64,000 nt of DNA, taken from NCBI GenBank assembly GCA_013239625.1, contig MU053652.1:5447902-5511901 (forward strand), given 5' to 3'. The notes under the pieces are model-generated. The model searched no databases. It saw only the letters and a program-made list of their open reading frames with translations, and was not told the DNA's origin. Of this stretch, positions 63,265 through 64,000 are shown piece after piece. Position 1 is the stretch's first letter, and every line of letters begins with the position of its first letter. The position numbers were made by a program, and so were the translations under genes. This DNA is from Lama guanicoe (taxonomy: Eukaryota).

Positions 63265-63720
63265 ATAATAGGCAATGCCACCCCTCTATTCAAAACCCTG
63301 CAACGACCCTCCAGAGTCCTCAGGGAAGCTCACAAAGCACCCCACCTGCCTGTCTTAAGGCCTTTGCTCCAGCTGCTCCCGCCTGGAATGTTCTTCCTCT
63401 GGCTCCCTCCCTCCCCTCCATCAAGTCAGCTTAAATCTCATTTTCTGAAAGAGGCCTGCCATGACTCACTTCCCCACTTCTGCTATCCTGACCCCCCTTA
63501 CACTGCCCTTACTTTTTCTTTTCTTTTCCATTTATATTTGGAACTTCTACCCTAGGGTATAATTCACTTATTTATTTATTGTTTACCATTTTGTTCCTCT
63601 TTCTAAAATTGCCACCTCTATGAGGACAGGGATCTTTCCTTTCTCTTGTCCTGAGGGACTAGAGAGAGAGCTAGGCATACAGTCGGTGCTCAGTGAATGT
63701 TGAATGCATGATTGATAAAT
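63265..63720 (+). mobile_element. L2 3' fragment
   Basis: ggcctttgc...gcctggaatgttcttcct...tgaggacagggatctt...gtgctcagtgaatgttgaatg. Confidence 0.85.
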
Positions 63721-63724
63721 ACAG

Positions 63725-63890
63725 AAATTATCTTTAGTCCTTTTAACAATCTCAAACACTATGATTCCTGCTTTCTAAATAAGGAAAATGGAGCTCAGAC
63801 AGATTAAGTATCCTGTCCAAATAAAAGGCCAAGAGCCAGTGACAGGATGTGTGATGGGTCTGCCTGCCACCAAAGCCAGTCTGCTTCATT
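63725..63890 (-). mobile_element. MIR fragment
   Basis: ataaggaaaatggagctcagacagattaagta. Confidence 0.7.
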
Positions 63891-64000
63891 CAGCCCCAGC
63901 GTCACATCCTCTGAAATGGGATTATAGTGGCTAAAACCCGACTGAATTATGGTTTGTCATGATACGAAGGAGGCAAACCCACACAAACCAAGAGAAGTTG

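Noticed and set aside
1..64000. CRISPR arrays, operons or other prokaryotic/viral systems
   Set aside because: No repeat-spacer array, no long ORFs and no compositional insert; the window is mammalian repeat-rich DNA throughout.

Overview
Mammalian non-coding DNA, probably camelid. The evidence is one tRNA-Ala-derived SINE of camelid type and two short artiodactyl-type L1 3' ends, with no Alu, Bov-A/BovB, PRE1 or Can-SINE recognised. Bases ~1-1220 look like the end of a + strand 3' UTR (AATAAA at 1192, many miRNA seed sites); I cannot name the gene. The rest is intergenic and rich in ancient repeats (L2, MIR, L1M, MLT1, LTR16-like, hAT and Tigger elements). I can support no host protein-coding exon; the only recognisable protein motifs belong to a decayed hAT/Charlie transposase at ~18.7-19.5 kb. 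The most striking observation is an orphan CpG island at ~21.65-22.8 kb that appears to be made entirely of old transposon sequence. A long L2 inserted into an antisense L1M, and around the L2 5' junction both elements seem to have been rewritten by directional A/T-to-G/C substitutions. Repeat family calls come from recalled consensus sequences, not a database search, and boundaries are approximate.
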